The notes under the pieces were generated by a model, which saw only the letters and a list, made by a program, of their open reading frames with translations, had not been told where the DNA came from and did not search any database. The translations under genes and the position numbers were made by a program. DNA of 63,490 bases, filler included, from Collodictyon triciliatum (taxonomy: Eukaryota): NCBI GenBank assembly GCA_043381765.1. It is 6 parts of 6 records of this genome, joined end to end, with 100 filler letters (N's around TTAATTAATTAA, not from the genome) between each part and the next. Parts side by side here need not be neighbours in the genome. Positions count along the whole stretch, not along the records: positions 37,268 to 51,184 come from JBHJMP010001364.1; positions 51,285 to 59,623 come from JBHJMP010001373.1; 4 more parts are not named here. One strand, written 5' to 3'. Positions 40,201-53,183 of the stretch are shown here, one piece after another (positions within the stretch are counted from its first letter, which is position 1; the number at the start of each line of letters is the position of its first letter).

Positions 40201-43200
40201 GCGCCGAGGAAGTTATTCTTGGAGCTGGTAATCTTTTGAAATTCATTCAAGAAATGCAAAGAAAACTGGAATCATGGAACATTACTTACAGTACAAAGAT
40301 GAAATCGGCCTCTGGAGATGATGCAGCTGTCCACATGATACAAGAGGAAGCTGACGGCATGAGTAGGTCTCTGCAGGAAGAAATTAAGACCCGATTCCCG
40401 ACATTAATTGCAAATATAAAAAAGAAGACCATGAGGTATATTATGACAAACGATGAGGTGAGCGGCCATGGAAACATCATTAAACGAAATATTACATCAC
40501 AATTGGCAACATTAGCCCCAGATATTCATAGCGAGGAGAACCGTGCAAAAAATTCCACCATTCCTCCCGAATTACAATTGCTGGTCAACGAGCTCATTTC
40601 AGTTTTATCTTCTCAACCTGAAACGATGTTCCTGTCAGAGGCGAGAGATAGGATTTCGACTGGGAAAGAAGAGGCCATCAAACTGAAAAGTAATGAAGGC
40701 CAGTTAGAGGAACTTGAAGGCAGAGAATGGATATGGCAGATGAAATCGGCAGCTAGTCAGATTCCGACTGTATCTCAAGAGGATCGATCCATAACTGAAC
40801 AAGTTATTCAGGAGCAAATAGAAAAGGAAGAGAAGGAAGAGGTGGAGAAATTTCAGCAACAAATGAAAGAAATCAAGGAACAGCAGATCGCGGAGAAGGA
40901 GAGAGAGATATTGGCAAAATATGGTGTTGAAAACGCACCTGAGGAGCAGCAAGCTGTGGTTCTTGCTGAACACAAAGATGAAATACATCAACTGGAAAAA
41001 ACACTAGACATGGAGAAGGTGCGCCAAGAGGACCATATGAGGGAAAGACTGACATCGACCAGGCCTAGAAGAGTAAAATCAAAGCAAGAACGAATAGAGC
41101 AGGAGCTCGGAACAAAAAAGACTATCATATCTCAAAGTGGGAAAACAAACGATGCAAAGGTTCCAGAAATAGCGAATTTGGTGAATACTATGCAAGTGAG
41201 CGGCTTGATTGTGCAAGGGACTCTCCAAATACAAGATCAAATCCAGAAAGAGGAGAGTAGTGAATTAGAAAAACTGCGCAAACAACTGGAGGACAAAAAA
41301 GAAAGCACCATTCAAAAAATGAGGGAAGAGCTGGACCAAAAACTCAGAAAAGAAGCCGAGCTGGTTGAACATGAGCGTGAGAAGCTTGTTTTGTCCTACG
41401 AAAGATCAATTAACCAAATGATGGCCCAGTATGACGATGAGGCTCGACGCAAAGGTGCAATAATTCAAGCGGATTTAAAGAACAAGAAGGATCTCTTGGT
41501 CCATAAGGTAGCAAGGTCAGCCATCCAACATACTTTGCAGACACAAATAGCAAAAATGGAAGGAAGTATGATTCAAGCTTTACCAGCTCTCCAAAGCCAG
41601 CAAATCGAGAATCTAACTCAAGACGTTGATACAAAAAGAAAACAGATGGAATCTCGAATTGTAGAACAGTTAAAGATGGAGGAGGAGGCCGCGATGGAGG
41701 CTATACGATCCAAAATCAAGCGTTCCAAGGAAAAGGCTGTATCTTCTCTAAAGTCTAGTGCAATAAAAAAATTACAAGAGGTCGAAAAGATTGCCGAAAA
41801 ATCACCTTCTGAACCCAGCATTGAAATTGAAATGGGCAAGCAAAAAGAAAAAGAAAAAATCATGCAAGAGTCAAAGAACGAGTTGCAGGCTCTTGAGAAG
41901 GAACTAGAGAAAGAAAGACAGAAGCAGGAGCAGTTTTTGAGGGAAAGAATGGAAACTAGGATGAGAAAAAGACTAGCAAACGCTGCCAGCAATGCAGTAG
42001 ATGAGGTATTGATGACCAAGGTATCCAACGAAGAGGAATTGGCCAAGAAAAAGGAAGAAATGAAATTGAAACTGGAGCGCCAGCTTAAAGATGAGGAAGA
42101 GGCCGAACTGCAAGTGCTTAAAAAACAGATAGAAGAGCAGAAAAAAGAGCTTTTGGAGAAAAGGAAGAAAGAATTAATTGAACAGTATGAGTCACAGCAG
42201 ATCCAAGAACTTCAAGATTTGGAGGCTGAAATGATTCCAGCTGCTGCAACACTTCATATGCAAGAGACTTCCAAAAAGTTTCCTTGGATTATGAAAAAAA
42301 GATTGAGGATTTCACGGACAAGTTGAAAGAAGCAACCAGAGAAAAAATAGCCATGGTTCAAGAGAGCTTGTATAAGAAGTCTATTGAACTGATGGAAGCA
42401 GAGACAAAATATGACAACCTGGTTAATGATGCTGAGGCAAAGTTCCAAGAGGGGATTAATGCTCTGATTGATATCAACGGCATTGTGAAGAGGAAGCTAA
42501 GTGGTACCTTTGGCAAAATAGCATCTCTCTTTGGCGGGAAGGATAGAGATGAGCGCGAAGATGGTAGCCGAATTTCCGAAATCGTAGGCAATATCATTCA
42601 AACAATATCTGGTGAATTCGAAGAAAAGAAGATTCAAGCTCAAGAAATACGACAGCAATTAATTCAAGAAAAAGAAAGAATCAAGGCTACTGCAGGTGCT
42701 GATATGATGGAACAGATTATTTCTACCGTAGTGGATGACCCAAACACGATGTTGGATTTGGTTCATAAGGCTCAAGAAAAACTTGCAAATCTCGAAAAAC
42801 AAGAGATGTTGGAGACTTTGGAGTTGTTGAAGAAAAAGGCTAAAGAAGAAGTCATCGACAGAGTGAAGAAATTCATAGAGTCGCTTATCCACAGCCCCGC
42901 ACCAGTACTGAAGATTGAACTCCAAATTATCCGTGATATCAGAAAATTGAATGAAGAAAAATTCACAGATATTTCCAAAGCCGATGGTGTTGTCCGCGAA
43001 AAGATTCATGAGAAGATGGAGGAGCTGAAGCGTAGCCTTGTTGATAAATTATCTGAAGCAGACACGGAAGAACAAAGGAGGAAGATCATCGAGCAGCAAA
43101 TGAGGGATATTCAATCAGTATTAGATTCGCACGAAATGGAGAAAGGAATCTACCTGAAGAAATTAGATGAAAAGTACCAAGAACGGAGAAAGAAACTTAT

Positions 43201-46200
43201 GGAAAAGCGAGAAAAAATTACTGAGCAAATGGCTGATGATTATGACTCCATTGACAAGAAAGATTTGATGAAAGAGATAGAAGAAGAGTATACCATGTTG
43301 ATGAAACAAGAGCAGGAAAAAAATTATGCTCGTCTGGAGAATGACGCTAAGAAAAGCTTAGAAGAGACCGCTCTTGAGAGGGTTGAAAACGCTGCAAGAC
43401 AGATCGTTTCAGAGTTTAAGCTTGACCAAGAAAAGAAAAATATTGACAAAGAAGTAGAGAGTGAATTTCAACAAGATGTTGATATGGTTGACAAACAACT
43501 TACTCTGGAGCTAAGGGATAAAATTCAATCCTTGGAAAGACATCGCAATAGTCTCATGGAGAATGCATCTTCTGAGGAAGATAGGAAAAGAATACTGAAA
43601 GAATTTAGCGAGAGAATGAGCCAGATAGAGCAAGAACAGCATCGAGAGAAGCAGAGACAGCTAGAAATGCTAGAAGAGAGAAAAGAGCAACGAAGAAAAC
43701 AAAAATCTCAAAGGCTTACATTAAAAATCCCTCGAATTATCACTGAAGATACTGATTTATCGGAATCGTTGGAGTCAAAAATGAAGGATATGAGAGAAAT
43801 AATCCAAAAGCAGTTGAAGGTTCAGGAGGAGAAGGAAATGGAAGCATTCAGAGAAAAACTTCGAGTCGAGATGCTTATCCGAATGGAAAATGAGAAAGGA
43901 AGAATATCCAGAGAGGAAAAAACAGATTTAAAAATGGATAGAGACTCACCACGGGAAAAAGAAGAGCATCTCAAAAAGCAAGAAGAGGCCGAACAAATGA
44001 TTGCAAATCAGACAGAGCGAACAAAAGAACTATTAGAAGAGGTTGAAAGGAAAAGGATAGAGCTCCTAAATGCAGAGAAGAATGAAGCGGAATCACTTGA
44101 AGCATTAAGAAGAAAGTTGGCAGGAGAGGGATTTGAAGAAAAAAAGAGACTATTGGAGGAACAAATTCTACAAGATGAAAAGGACCAAATTGAAAAATAC
44201 AAAGAGGACCTGCAAAAACAATTGCATGAAAAAATAGCAAAGTTGAAAGAAGAACTACTCAAAAAGTCTCTGGAGGAATTAGAGCTTGAAGACATGAAAG
44301 TTCAAATCATCAAAGATGTAGAAAATGAAATAAAGAGAAAAGTCAACGATTTACAGGAAAAGACAAAAGAAGAGTTGTCTCAAAAAATGGACCAATTAAA
44401 GTCGGATTGTATGGAGAAAGTCGCTGTTGCAGATTCTGAACAAGAAAAAAGGAAAATTTTACAATCTTACGAACAACAAAAGGAAGAAATGCAGAGAGCT
44501 ATGATAGCAGACAGAGAGAAGCAAATCCAAGACCTCGAAAGAAAGAAACATAACCAAATTCAACTTAAAATTGCAAAGCAAAAGGCCAGAAAGCAGGCCG
44601 AAATGCATGAAGAATCAGAGAAGATGGGAGTTAACTTGGAAGAAAAAAGGAAACAAATCGAAACCATCATGGAGGAAAATATTCGTGAAGAGCAGCAGTC
44701 TATGATTGAAGATTTTAGGATGAATTTACATGACCGAATGGAGATGAAAACAGAGGCTGTAAGAAATCTTACCCAAGAAAATATTATGCCACACATAGAG
44801 AATATAATCGATGTTGTTGGTGAAAATGTTGGATATCAAATTGAAGCTTTGCAACAAGATTTGGCCTCTCAGTTATCTACGTCCATACCTGCCGACATCA
44901 AGGATAAACTAATTCAGGAATACGAGGAAAAGAAATCTATTATAGAAAGAAACGCAAAATTGGAGAAATTTAAGGTCGATGTAGCTGGAACCTTGCTTAA
45001 ACAGTTAAAAACTGAAATTGTGAGTGAGAGTGACGAACTTGGAATCAAGAAAGAAACCTCAGAGGAGAGAAAGGCGAGATTAGAGGAACGAATGAAAATG
45101 GAGGAAGAGGCCGAGTTGGAAAAGTTTAGACAGAAGCTGAAGGAGAAACTTGCTCAACAACTAGAAATTGAAGAACAAAGAATCGCAGAAAGAGCATTAA
45201 TTCGGGTGAGGGTGGAAGAGAGATTGAACGCTCTTGTCGCCACAGAAAGTGAAATAAAGAAAGAAAGTTCGAATATCGAAGATAGTACCAAACGTCAAAA
45301 AGAACAGAAACTCTCAGAGTTGGAGGAAGAAACAGAAAACAGACTGAACATGGCAAATACTGAGGACGAAAGAGCAAAAATCATTGAATCATATGAAAAG
45401 CAAAAGAATTTGATTGAAGAAGAAACAGAAAAAGAACGTAGCAGACAAGAACAACTGTTGGTGGAAAGAAAAAATGCTCGAATGAAGGCCAAGATGAACA
45501 GAACATCGGTTAAATTTGCGGATGCACATGAAGAGATTGGAGCAAAACTGTCAGATGAAGAGATACAAAGAAAAAAGTTTGAGCTTAAAGAGAAATTGGA
45601 ACGTGACCTTTTCGAAAAAGAACAGAAGGAGTTGGAATCATACCAGAAAGAACTGGAACTCCAGAAACAAAAAATACTGGATGAGAAAAAGAAAGAAATT
45701 TATGATAGAATGAGGCTAGAAGAAGAAGCTGCTCTGAAGGAAATAAATGAATCGAATGCAGAGTTAAAAAATGGAAAGAAAATTCCAAAGGCACTATCCA
45801 ATTTGGCTGAGGCACAGGTTGAGGCGGAAATAATGGAATTAGAGGCTCAATACAGAGAATCTTTGAAAGAGGACTACGAAAAAAGGAAAGCAATCACAGA
45901 GGCAGATTTGGACGAAAAAAGCCTACTCCATGTAAAACTTGAAGGAGGTTATCTTAGCATTGAAAAGGACGTCGAAGCTGAATCAAAAGAAAATGCCCAA
46001 GATATTCACGAGTTCGTGGAAAGGAACAAGGATGAAAGGGTTCAACAGCTAAAGCAGAAACTGGTTTCTGACCTGAACTCAGTTCAAGCTCAGGAGGAAA
46101 AAGATGCCATAATATCAAAGTTTCACGATGAAACAAAAAAGATAGAATCAGAAGCAGATATGGAGAAACATAGACAAACACAGCTCATGAAAGATAGATT

Positions 46201-49200
46201 GGAGGAAAAAAAGAAAAAGAGAGCTCTACAGATGATGAAAGAGGTTACATCACAAGTCGCTTCTTCAGATGGAGCCGACATAGCTGCAACTGTAGTGGCA
46301 AATGCAGGAGCCAAAATTATATCACAAAATGCTACCACCACTGACATTATGAAAATGGCAGAAGAGCTGAAGGCTGCGTTAATTAGAGAAGCCTCTGAAA
46401 GAGGAAAAGAAACTGCACAGTTTGAGGCTATCCAGGGGTTACTAGGAAATATTCCTGCGCTTTTGGGTGTGGATGCCGCTAGCCTCCCTAGCGAACTTTT
46501 TGATTCACACCCAGCAGAGGAGATGGTTGCTCTCAAGGATGAGCAAGAACGCCTTCGCCTCGAGATGAAGCAAAGGCAAGAACGCGAGAGAAGAGCTCTT
46601 GAAGAACAGCTGAAGGACGAAGAAAAGAAAATGGAGGAAGAGCTGAAAGTAATCTTGGATGAGCGCACAAAAAAATTGAAACAGGAGAAGGCTGCAAAGA
46701 TATCAGCAGAAATAGCATCTCAAGGCCTTTCCAAAGAAGACGCAGAAAGAATTATACAAGAACAGCAATCTGAGCTGGCAAACGTGGAAAACATGTTGGA
46801 GAGTGAGAAGAATCGACAATCCGAGGCACTGCGATCAAAGTTGGCTGAAAAGAAGCAAAAAAAACTGAGTGAACAGAGGAAAAAGCATGAGTTGGAAATG
46901 ATGAAAGAGACCTCTATCCACCACCAGGAAACCACAGACCTACAATCTCGGATTGCCAAAGATAAGGAACAAGAAATCATTGATAAGTTGTCCGAAAACG
47001 TCTCGGGTGAGAAGATACCTGAGGTCGTTGAGCTTGTTCTTCAACAGCGACACGCTCGTGAGCTCCAAGAGCAAGCTGCACAGCATTTGTTGGAACGGCA
47101 AATGAAACTACAAGAGTTCAACTCTTCAATTCAATTGATGAATAATCAGGAGCAAAGTGAGCTTTTACAGCTCCATCAACAAGAAGTAAATCAGTTATTG
47201 AAACAAACAGATATTCCTCTGGATGAAATGGAGATTAAAAGGAGTGAGTTGGATGACAAGCAAAAAGATGAAATGAGAAAACTGGAAACCAAACAAGTGA
47301 AATCGATGAATGAAAAGAAATCCACATTTATGAAGGAATTGGACTCTAAGCAAAGCAAGGATAGATTTGACCTTAGACAGAGGCAAATTAAAGAGTATCA
47401 AGAAATGATGAATAGTCTGGGATTGAAGCTTGAGTCTTCTATGCGAGGATACCACGATGAAGCCGAGTCTGAAGCCATATCCAGGGCATTAGAGATCTCG
47501 CAACAAAAAAAACTTGAGGCTGAGAGGACTATGCAAGAACTTGAAAGCTTGAGGACACAGCAGGAGGAAGAGAAGAGCCTTCGCATTCAACAAATGGCCG
47601 AAGAGCGCGCCAGGTTTGATGAAGAACTGAAGAGAATGAAGGACCAGGAACTGAAAAAATATGAGGAAGAGCTGGAAAATGAGAGGAAAGCGGAAGAGGA
47701 AAAGCTGGAAAAAGCATTGAGGAGAAAGAAAGAAGAAGTTCTGAAAGAGAATAAGTTGAGACAAGAGAAAGAATTGCAGGGGTCTATGAATCTATCTGAA
47801 GAGCAAAAACAGGCACTGTTGGACCGCCATCAAAATGAACTCAAAGGATTGATATCGTCCTTGGATGGAGAAAGAAATAGGCAATCTACGATGGTTTCCG
47901 ATCGGATAGCAAAGAAAAAAGAAGCCAGGAAGAAGCTCAAAGGCCAAGAAATCGAAGTGCTTGCAAAGAAGGAGCTAGTCGAAAAAGAACTAGCGAATCG
48001 AGAGGAATTATCAAAATTGGAAAAGAAGCAAGCGCAAATGTTGGACGAAAAACTAAGGAAAGATTTGGATGTTAAGGTGATAAAACAGGATGAAAGAAGT
48101 CCTCGTCTGACGAAACAAGCAAGTGTTAATTCCATGACGAAGTGGAAAGATGTTGTTCTGGATGCGCACCACCCTATAAGAGAAGGGGCTACTTTGCATC
48201 GACCAGGCTCTGCTCCGTCGACTAAAGAAGGACACATACCCTCCCTTTACGATACATCTTTGGTGGCTCCGCTGATGGGCAAACTTGCTCAAATAGAGAA
48301 GTTACTGATGAAAAATCTGCGTGATACTTCCCAATATCCTGTAATGTTAAGTAGAGGGGGAGGTAATGACCGGAGAAGCATTCAACCTGGTCAAATAGAT
48401 AGCACAGGACAATTCTCTTACCAGGATGCACAGGATAGTAGATGGGAAAATGAAGGTGAACTAATCCCATTGGAGCCCATCAACATGAAGGCTATCCAGT
48501 TCATCGCCTATAGATTTGCTCTACATGTCAGCAACTCAATAGCTGATAGGCTCAAAACGCCACCTATTACATTGTTGGCGGCTCGCAACATACCCCCAAA
48601 CAACTACCATAGAAATGCATTCAGAAACTCATACTATTACAAACAAGATAGCCGAAGCCTATTTATTCGACAGCAACGATTCGAATCTATTGGAAACCTC
48701 TCCCTGGTGTTGTTGCACGCAATCTCACATATCAAAGTGGGCGACCTTGTCGATGATACGAACCCAGAGTTCTTGCAGGAGTTTTATCGAGGCGTTAGTA
48801 TCCTAGGAGAGCAACTTTTCCATCACTCATTAGAAAGAACATCACATTCGAGCTACCCACCTCACAACAAATCCAAGCTAGACGGCGGTAGAGATGGCAA
48901 GCAGAAGTCTCTCTTGGAGTCTGCATTCAAACGGAGGACAGATATTCGAGGAAGTTATGACTATGTGGAAGACCTGTGTAAAGTCAAAGCAGGTGTTGGA
49001 ATCGAATCAGAGACTCATTCTATGGCTCAGGTGCAATTGTTTAAGAAATTCGAAGAGTTTGAGTATTTCATAAAGAATGAAAAGCTTGGCTCGTTTTTGA
49101 AAGGACTCGAGGAGGAAATACTCAAGAAAAGGCCAGGGGCCGCTGAGTCAGACGCCATAGAGACGCGATTGAGTGAGCTAATGGAAGCTGAGAAGGCTTC

Positions 49201-49740
49201 CATTTCAGGGCACCATCCCTTTGACCGTCTTGAAGAATCGAAAGAGCATGCAAAGATATCTTATCAACAAATTTTAGAGAGCCAGATGAAAGAATATAAC
49301 GACCGATTGGATAGACTTTATGCAGAATATATTAATGTCACTAAGCTGGCGTCTCAGTTAAATATTTCTCTCCGAAAGAAAGACACTGAGTTGAGGAGAG
49401 AATTAAAGGCACTTGACGAGTTGGCAGAAGGCACTGAAGAGCATCGCATCCAGCAAACAAAGGTTGGCGCTCTCACTCTGGATGTGAAGAGATTAAGAGA
49501 CAAGAGCGAATTCATCAAGTCAGAATTGGTGAGTTTTTTTTTCTCTTTATTCTCATCACTTTTCTTTCTTTTTTCCCTCTCATTTAAAGGCTATGTCGGT
49601 TTGAATCAATCTCGCTCGCATTATTTTGAGAAAACTCTTGACAAAAAGAAAAAATTGAAATGTAGTCTCGTTTGAGTCTGAGTATGAGCAAGTTGAAACA
49701 AGTCATCGACGAAAAAGCCAGAGCTATTGCTGCGTTGTGA
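37269..49740 (+). CDS. Giant (>4,100 aa in view) single-pass membrane protein with DPxTG repeats and long coiled coil; 5'-truncated by gap; one frameshift near 42230-42326
   Basis: ORFs 37269-42326 and 42284-49675 overlap in different frames and share the same coiled-coil repeat. TM segment WSLVGLLVGIPMGAVLLSLASI. Terminal intron 49529-49665, then last exon ending TGA at 49740. The motifs YPIYKKDSLYNTNKNYDWGAFR and PPNNYHRNAFRNSYYY...LFIRQQR...HAISHI recall uncharacterised giant cysteine-repeat (GCC2/GCC3-type) membrane proteins; this is from recall, not a search. Confidence 0.75.
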
Positions 49741-50542
49741 TGTGTTCGTGTGGGAGTTCTTGCATACTCGACAGCTCATCAGGATTTCTTTTGAAGTTCA
49801 AAATAAACTCATGCATATCACTTACGTGCTGAGGCACTTTATGTAGAAGAAAAAAGTGACTAACGCGATGACCATCAAATGAAAAATATAACTACCTACA
49901 TGAGAAATTCTGCAGCTTACACAGTGAGGAAGTAATAAATCAAAACATCAATAAAACAGAATTGAGCTCTAGGCGCAGAGAAGCCTAAGGTAAAAAAAAA
50001 AATATACAATAAATTTTACACAAACAGACTAGATAAATATATGTTCTTCACCGAGCCCTTTTCATGGACAACACATCACACTTGATAGATTCATGAATAT
50101 ATTCACGACGAAATAAGAGAAATAACCAACTCCCATTAGATATTAAATCATCGCTATTCGCAATCCACACCCTCAATAATATGATGAAAATGATAATAAT
50201 GAATGTAATAATGAATGCATCGATACATGTCAAGTAGTAAGAATTGGCCATTACTCCTCCCATTATCTGTTGTGTTGTCGGCACATTAATACCACGATAG
50301 ATGACACGAGATAGGCATTGTCAAGGGCATATCCAACTTTTCATCGTGCTGTGTGGATAGAAAGGAAAGAGAAAAGGGCGATAGAGGACTCACTGCGAGT
50401 GTAATCATGCAGAGGGATTTATATTTAGACGAAAAGGAATGATTGGTCGAGAAGTAGGATCGATGAAGGAAACAATGACAGACAAGCAAATCGAAGAACA
50501 GGCGGGCCTCTTTGAAGAGAAAGGTATTCGATAATGGCAACC

Positions 50543-50922
50543 CTATGATAAAGTGCAGCAAGAAGAACTCTGCTGCTCGGGTGGATGGGCGTTGGGTTTG
50601 TCAATCACGCCGATCAGAAACTGTTCCCGTGATTGGATAGCATCACGGGAATGGCCCACATCAGCAAAGAATTCTGTAGCGTCTTGACCTGCCCGGAATG
50701 TAAAAAAAAAAAAAGCCGTCATAATACTCATGTTAGCAATTGTCATGGTTTGGCCTGCTTACCCGAAGAAACCTACGATTTATCAAAGACTGTTGGGCTT
50801 TGTGAGGAAAGGTTTGTTTAAGGCAAGTGTGGAGATGAGGTGTGTATGTGGCAACCTGCGACTTTGAGAATCATGTCATTCCCACCAGGATGCTTGGGTG
50901 CAAACTTGGTTACATCATATAC
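50543..50922 (-). CDS. Cytochrome b5 heme-binding protein, last two exons (5' end lost in gap)
   Basis: Exons 50922-50856 and 50688-50543 give [39 protein letters not shown]...FLIGVI...SSSCCTLS*. Both axial His motifs (HPGG, GHS) are present. Confidence 0.9.
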
Positions 50923-51290
50923 CTACGCAATTAGAAGATATCGTTGTGTTTTAATGGTATTTAATTTTACATTAATAAAGCCAATATGTTTTATTTGTAA
51001 GCAATTGTGGTGTGTGAATAGTGCGGATAGGTTTTTCAGATTTGTTTGTGTTTCAGATTTGTTTGTGGTTTTTGTTTTTGTTTTTGTTTTTTGTTCTTTT
51101 TTTGTTTTTTTGTTTTTTTGTTTTTTTGTTTTTTGTTTTTGTTTTTTGTTCTTTTTTTGTTTTTTTTGTTTTTTTTTGTTTTTTNNNNNNNNNNNNNNNN
51201 NNNNNNNNNNNNNNNNNNNNNNNNNNNNTTAATTAATTAANNNNNNNNNNNNNNNNNNNNNNNNNNNNNNNNNNNNNNNNNNNNAAAAAA

Positions 51291-51340
<50 letters not shown>

Positions 51341-51583
51341 AAAAACCTCTTCCCACTCTGAAGGAAACTTTGTGTTGATATCCCCATATTGGATTGGTAT
51401 ATCAAATTCGTATTTGATAAGGTAGAATACCTCAATCGCTATACTTTCATATTGAAACAGACCAAGCATCTTTTCATAGGAGACCCATAAGTCAGGGGAA
51501 TTTTTTTATACCTTTCATCATATTAATATAAGGTTAAAATTAATTGTGAATTTTCATTTACAAAAAGTGCATCGTAAGGAATA

Positions 51584-53105
51584 GGATTTTTTACGAAGAT
51601 TTTTGCCTCAAGTGGATATTCTTTATCAAGGCAAGTGCCCTTTTGATTGCAACCTTTAAAGTGTATTATAATTTTCTTTTTGTTAAAGTTTTATGACAAA
51701 TGTTGACCCACTTACTATCACATCAACAGAGAGCAAGTGACGAAACTCAAAAAAGAAAGTTGCTGTCATTGACAAGAACTTTATTTGGTCTTTTAAGAAA
51801 ATCTATGGGTCTGCGAGCATCTGAGTCGCAATTTATTACATTAACTTCGAAGACTCGTTCAGATGCGACCAAGTTCACTGCCATAGACGTTTTTTGTGAT
51901 AAAGAGGCCGACGGTTTCTATGAAAAAAAGGAATTAAATTCTAATCCTTTTAGTCAGAGATGTATAAACTCATTAATTGCGTTACTGAGTTGTTTATCGT
52001 CTTTCCTCGCTAAGGATGAATTTTTGGAGCCTCAAGAGAAAATTGTAATACAAATATGATTTCATATATATATTATTAAAAAAAAAGATATTTTTTTTCA
52101 TGGTTAAACTAGTTTGTAATCCTTTCCTCCTTTTAAAAAATAAATATATAGCGTCATTGAGATTTGAACACCTTTATAAAAATTTTTTTATTTCTTAATA
52201 GGAATTGAACGAGTCGATATGTCAATTTATTCAAGATATGTTTATCATTTTGGACTCATCAACAGCATTTTTCGTTTATGAATATTATTATTTGGAAAAT
52301 GCAAATAACCCGACATATATTCTTGAGCTTATTCGGATTTTGGCAGAATCTCCTGCCTATTCTCTCCTCAATTTACCATGCTCAGTCCCGACATTTACAA
52401 CGCTTCTGGCCCAAGGAGGAAATTTTTTATCAAAAACAGAGGGTATTAAACTATTCTCACCCAAAAATATATTATTTGTGGGATCTAATCAAATCCATCA
52501 TAACCGCTTTTATTCTTTTTTTTTCTTTATTCGATTCAAAGTATAACCGCTCTTATTCTATTATAGAGGGTCTAAGTAAGGATGTTCCAGCATTGATCAT
52601 TATTGATGAATTGAAAAAAGCGTTAGAGCTTCCTGACCCTTCCTCTTACAAGAAGCAATTAAGTATGTATTGAACATTTTTGTTTCTTTTGCAAATAAAA
52701 AAGCTATCTGCCATAACCAAATGGTTTCAAAATGGCTAAACCTATTCTGCGGAAGTCAAATATTTCAATTAAAACAATATCTTTTTCTTTTTCCTTATTC
52801 CTAATAGTTGGAATTTTAAAGTCTCTTCTCACAAAACATGATTATGACTCCGATTATCAAAATCGGGACACGAAAGCCCAACTTGCTAAGAAATACAGTC
52901 AACTGTTAACGATATATAACATTCCTGAAGACAAAGATGATAGGCTAACCTATGTATACTGTGTCCTGTGGGTCATGAAAAGTATGTCCCCCAACGACTT
53001 GAAGGAAGCTCTTATGGTGAAATTTTACTTTCCTTTTTCAAATTGCCAACAATAAACATATTTCTATCCCTGCCTCGTAATTTACTGGACGAATTCTCTC
53101 TCTCT

Positions 53106-53183
<78 letters not shown>

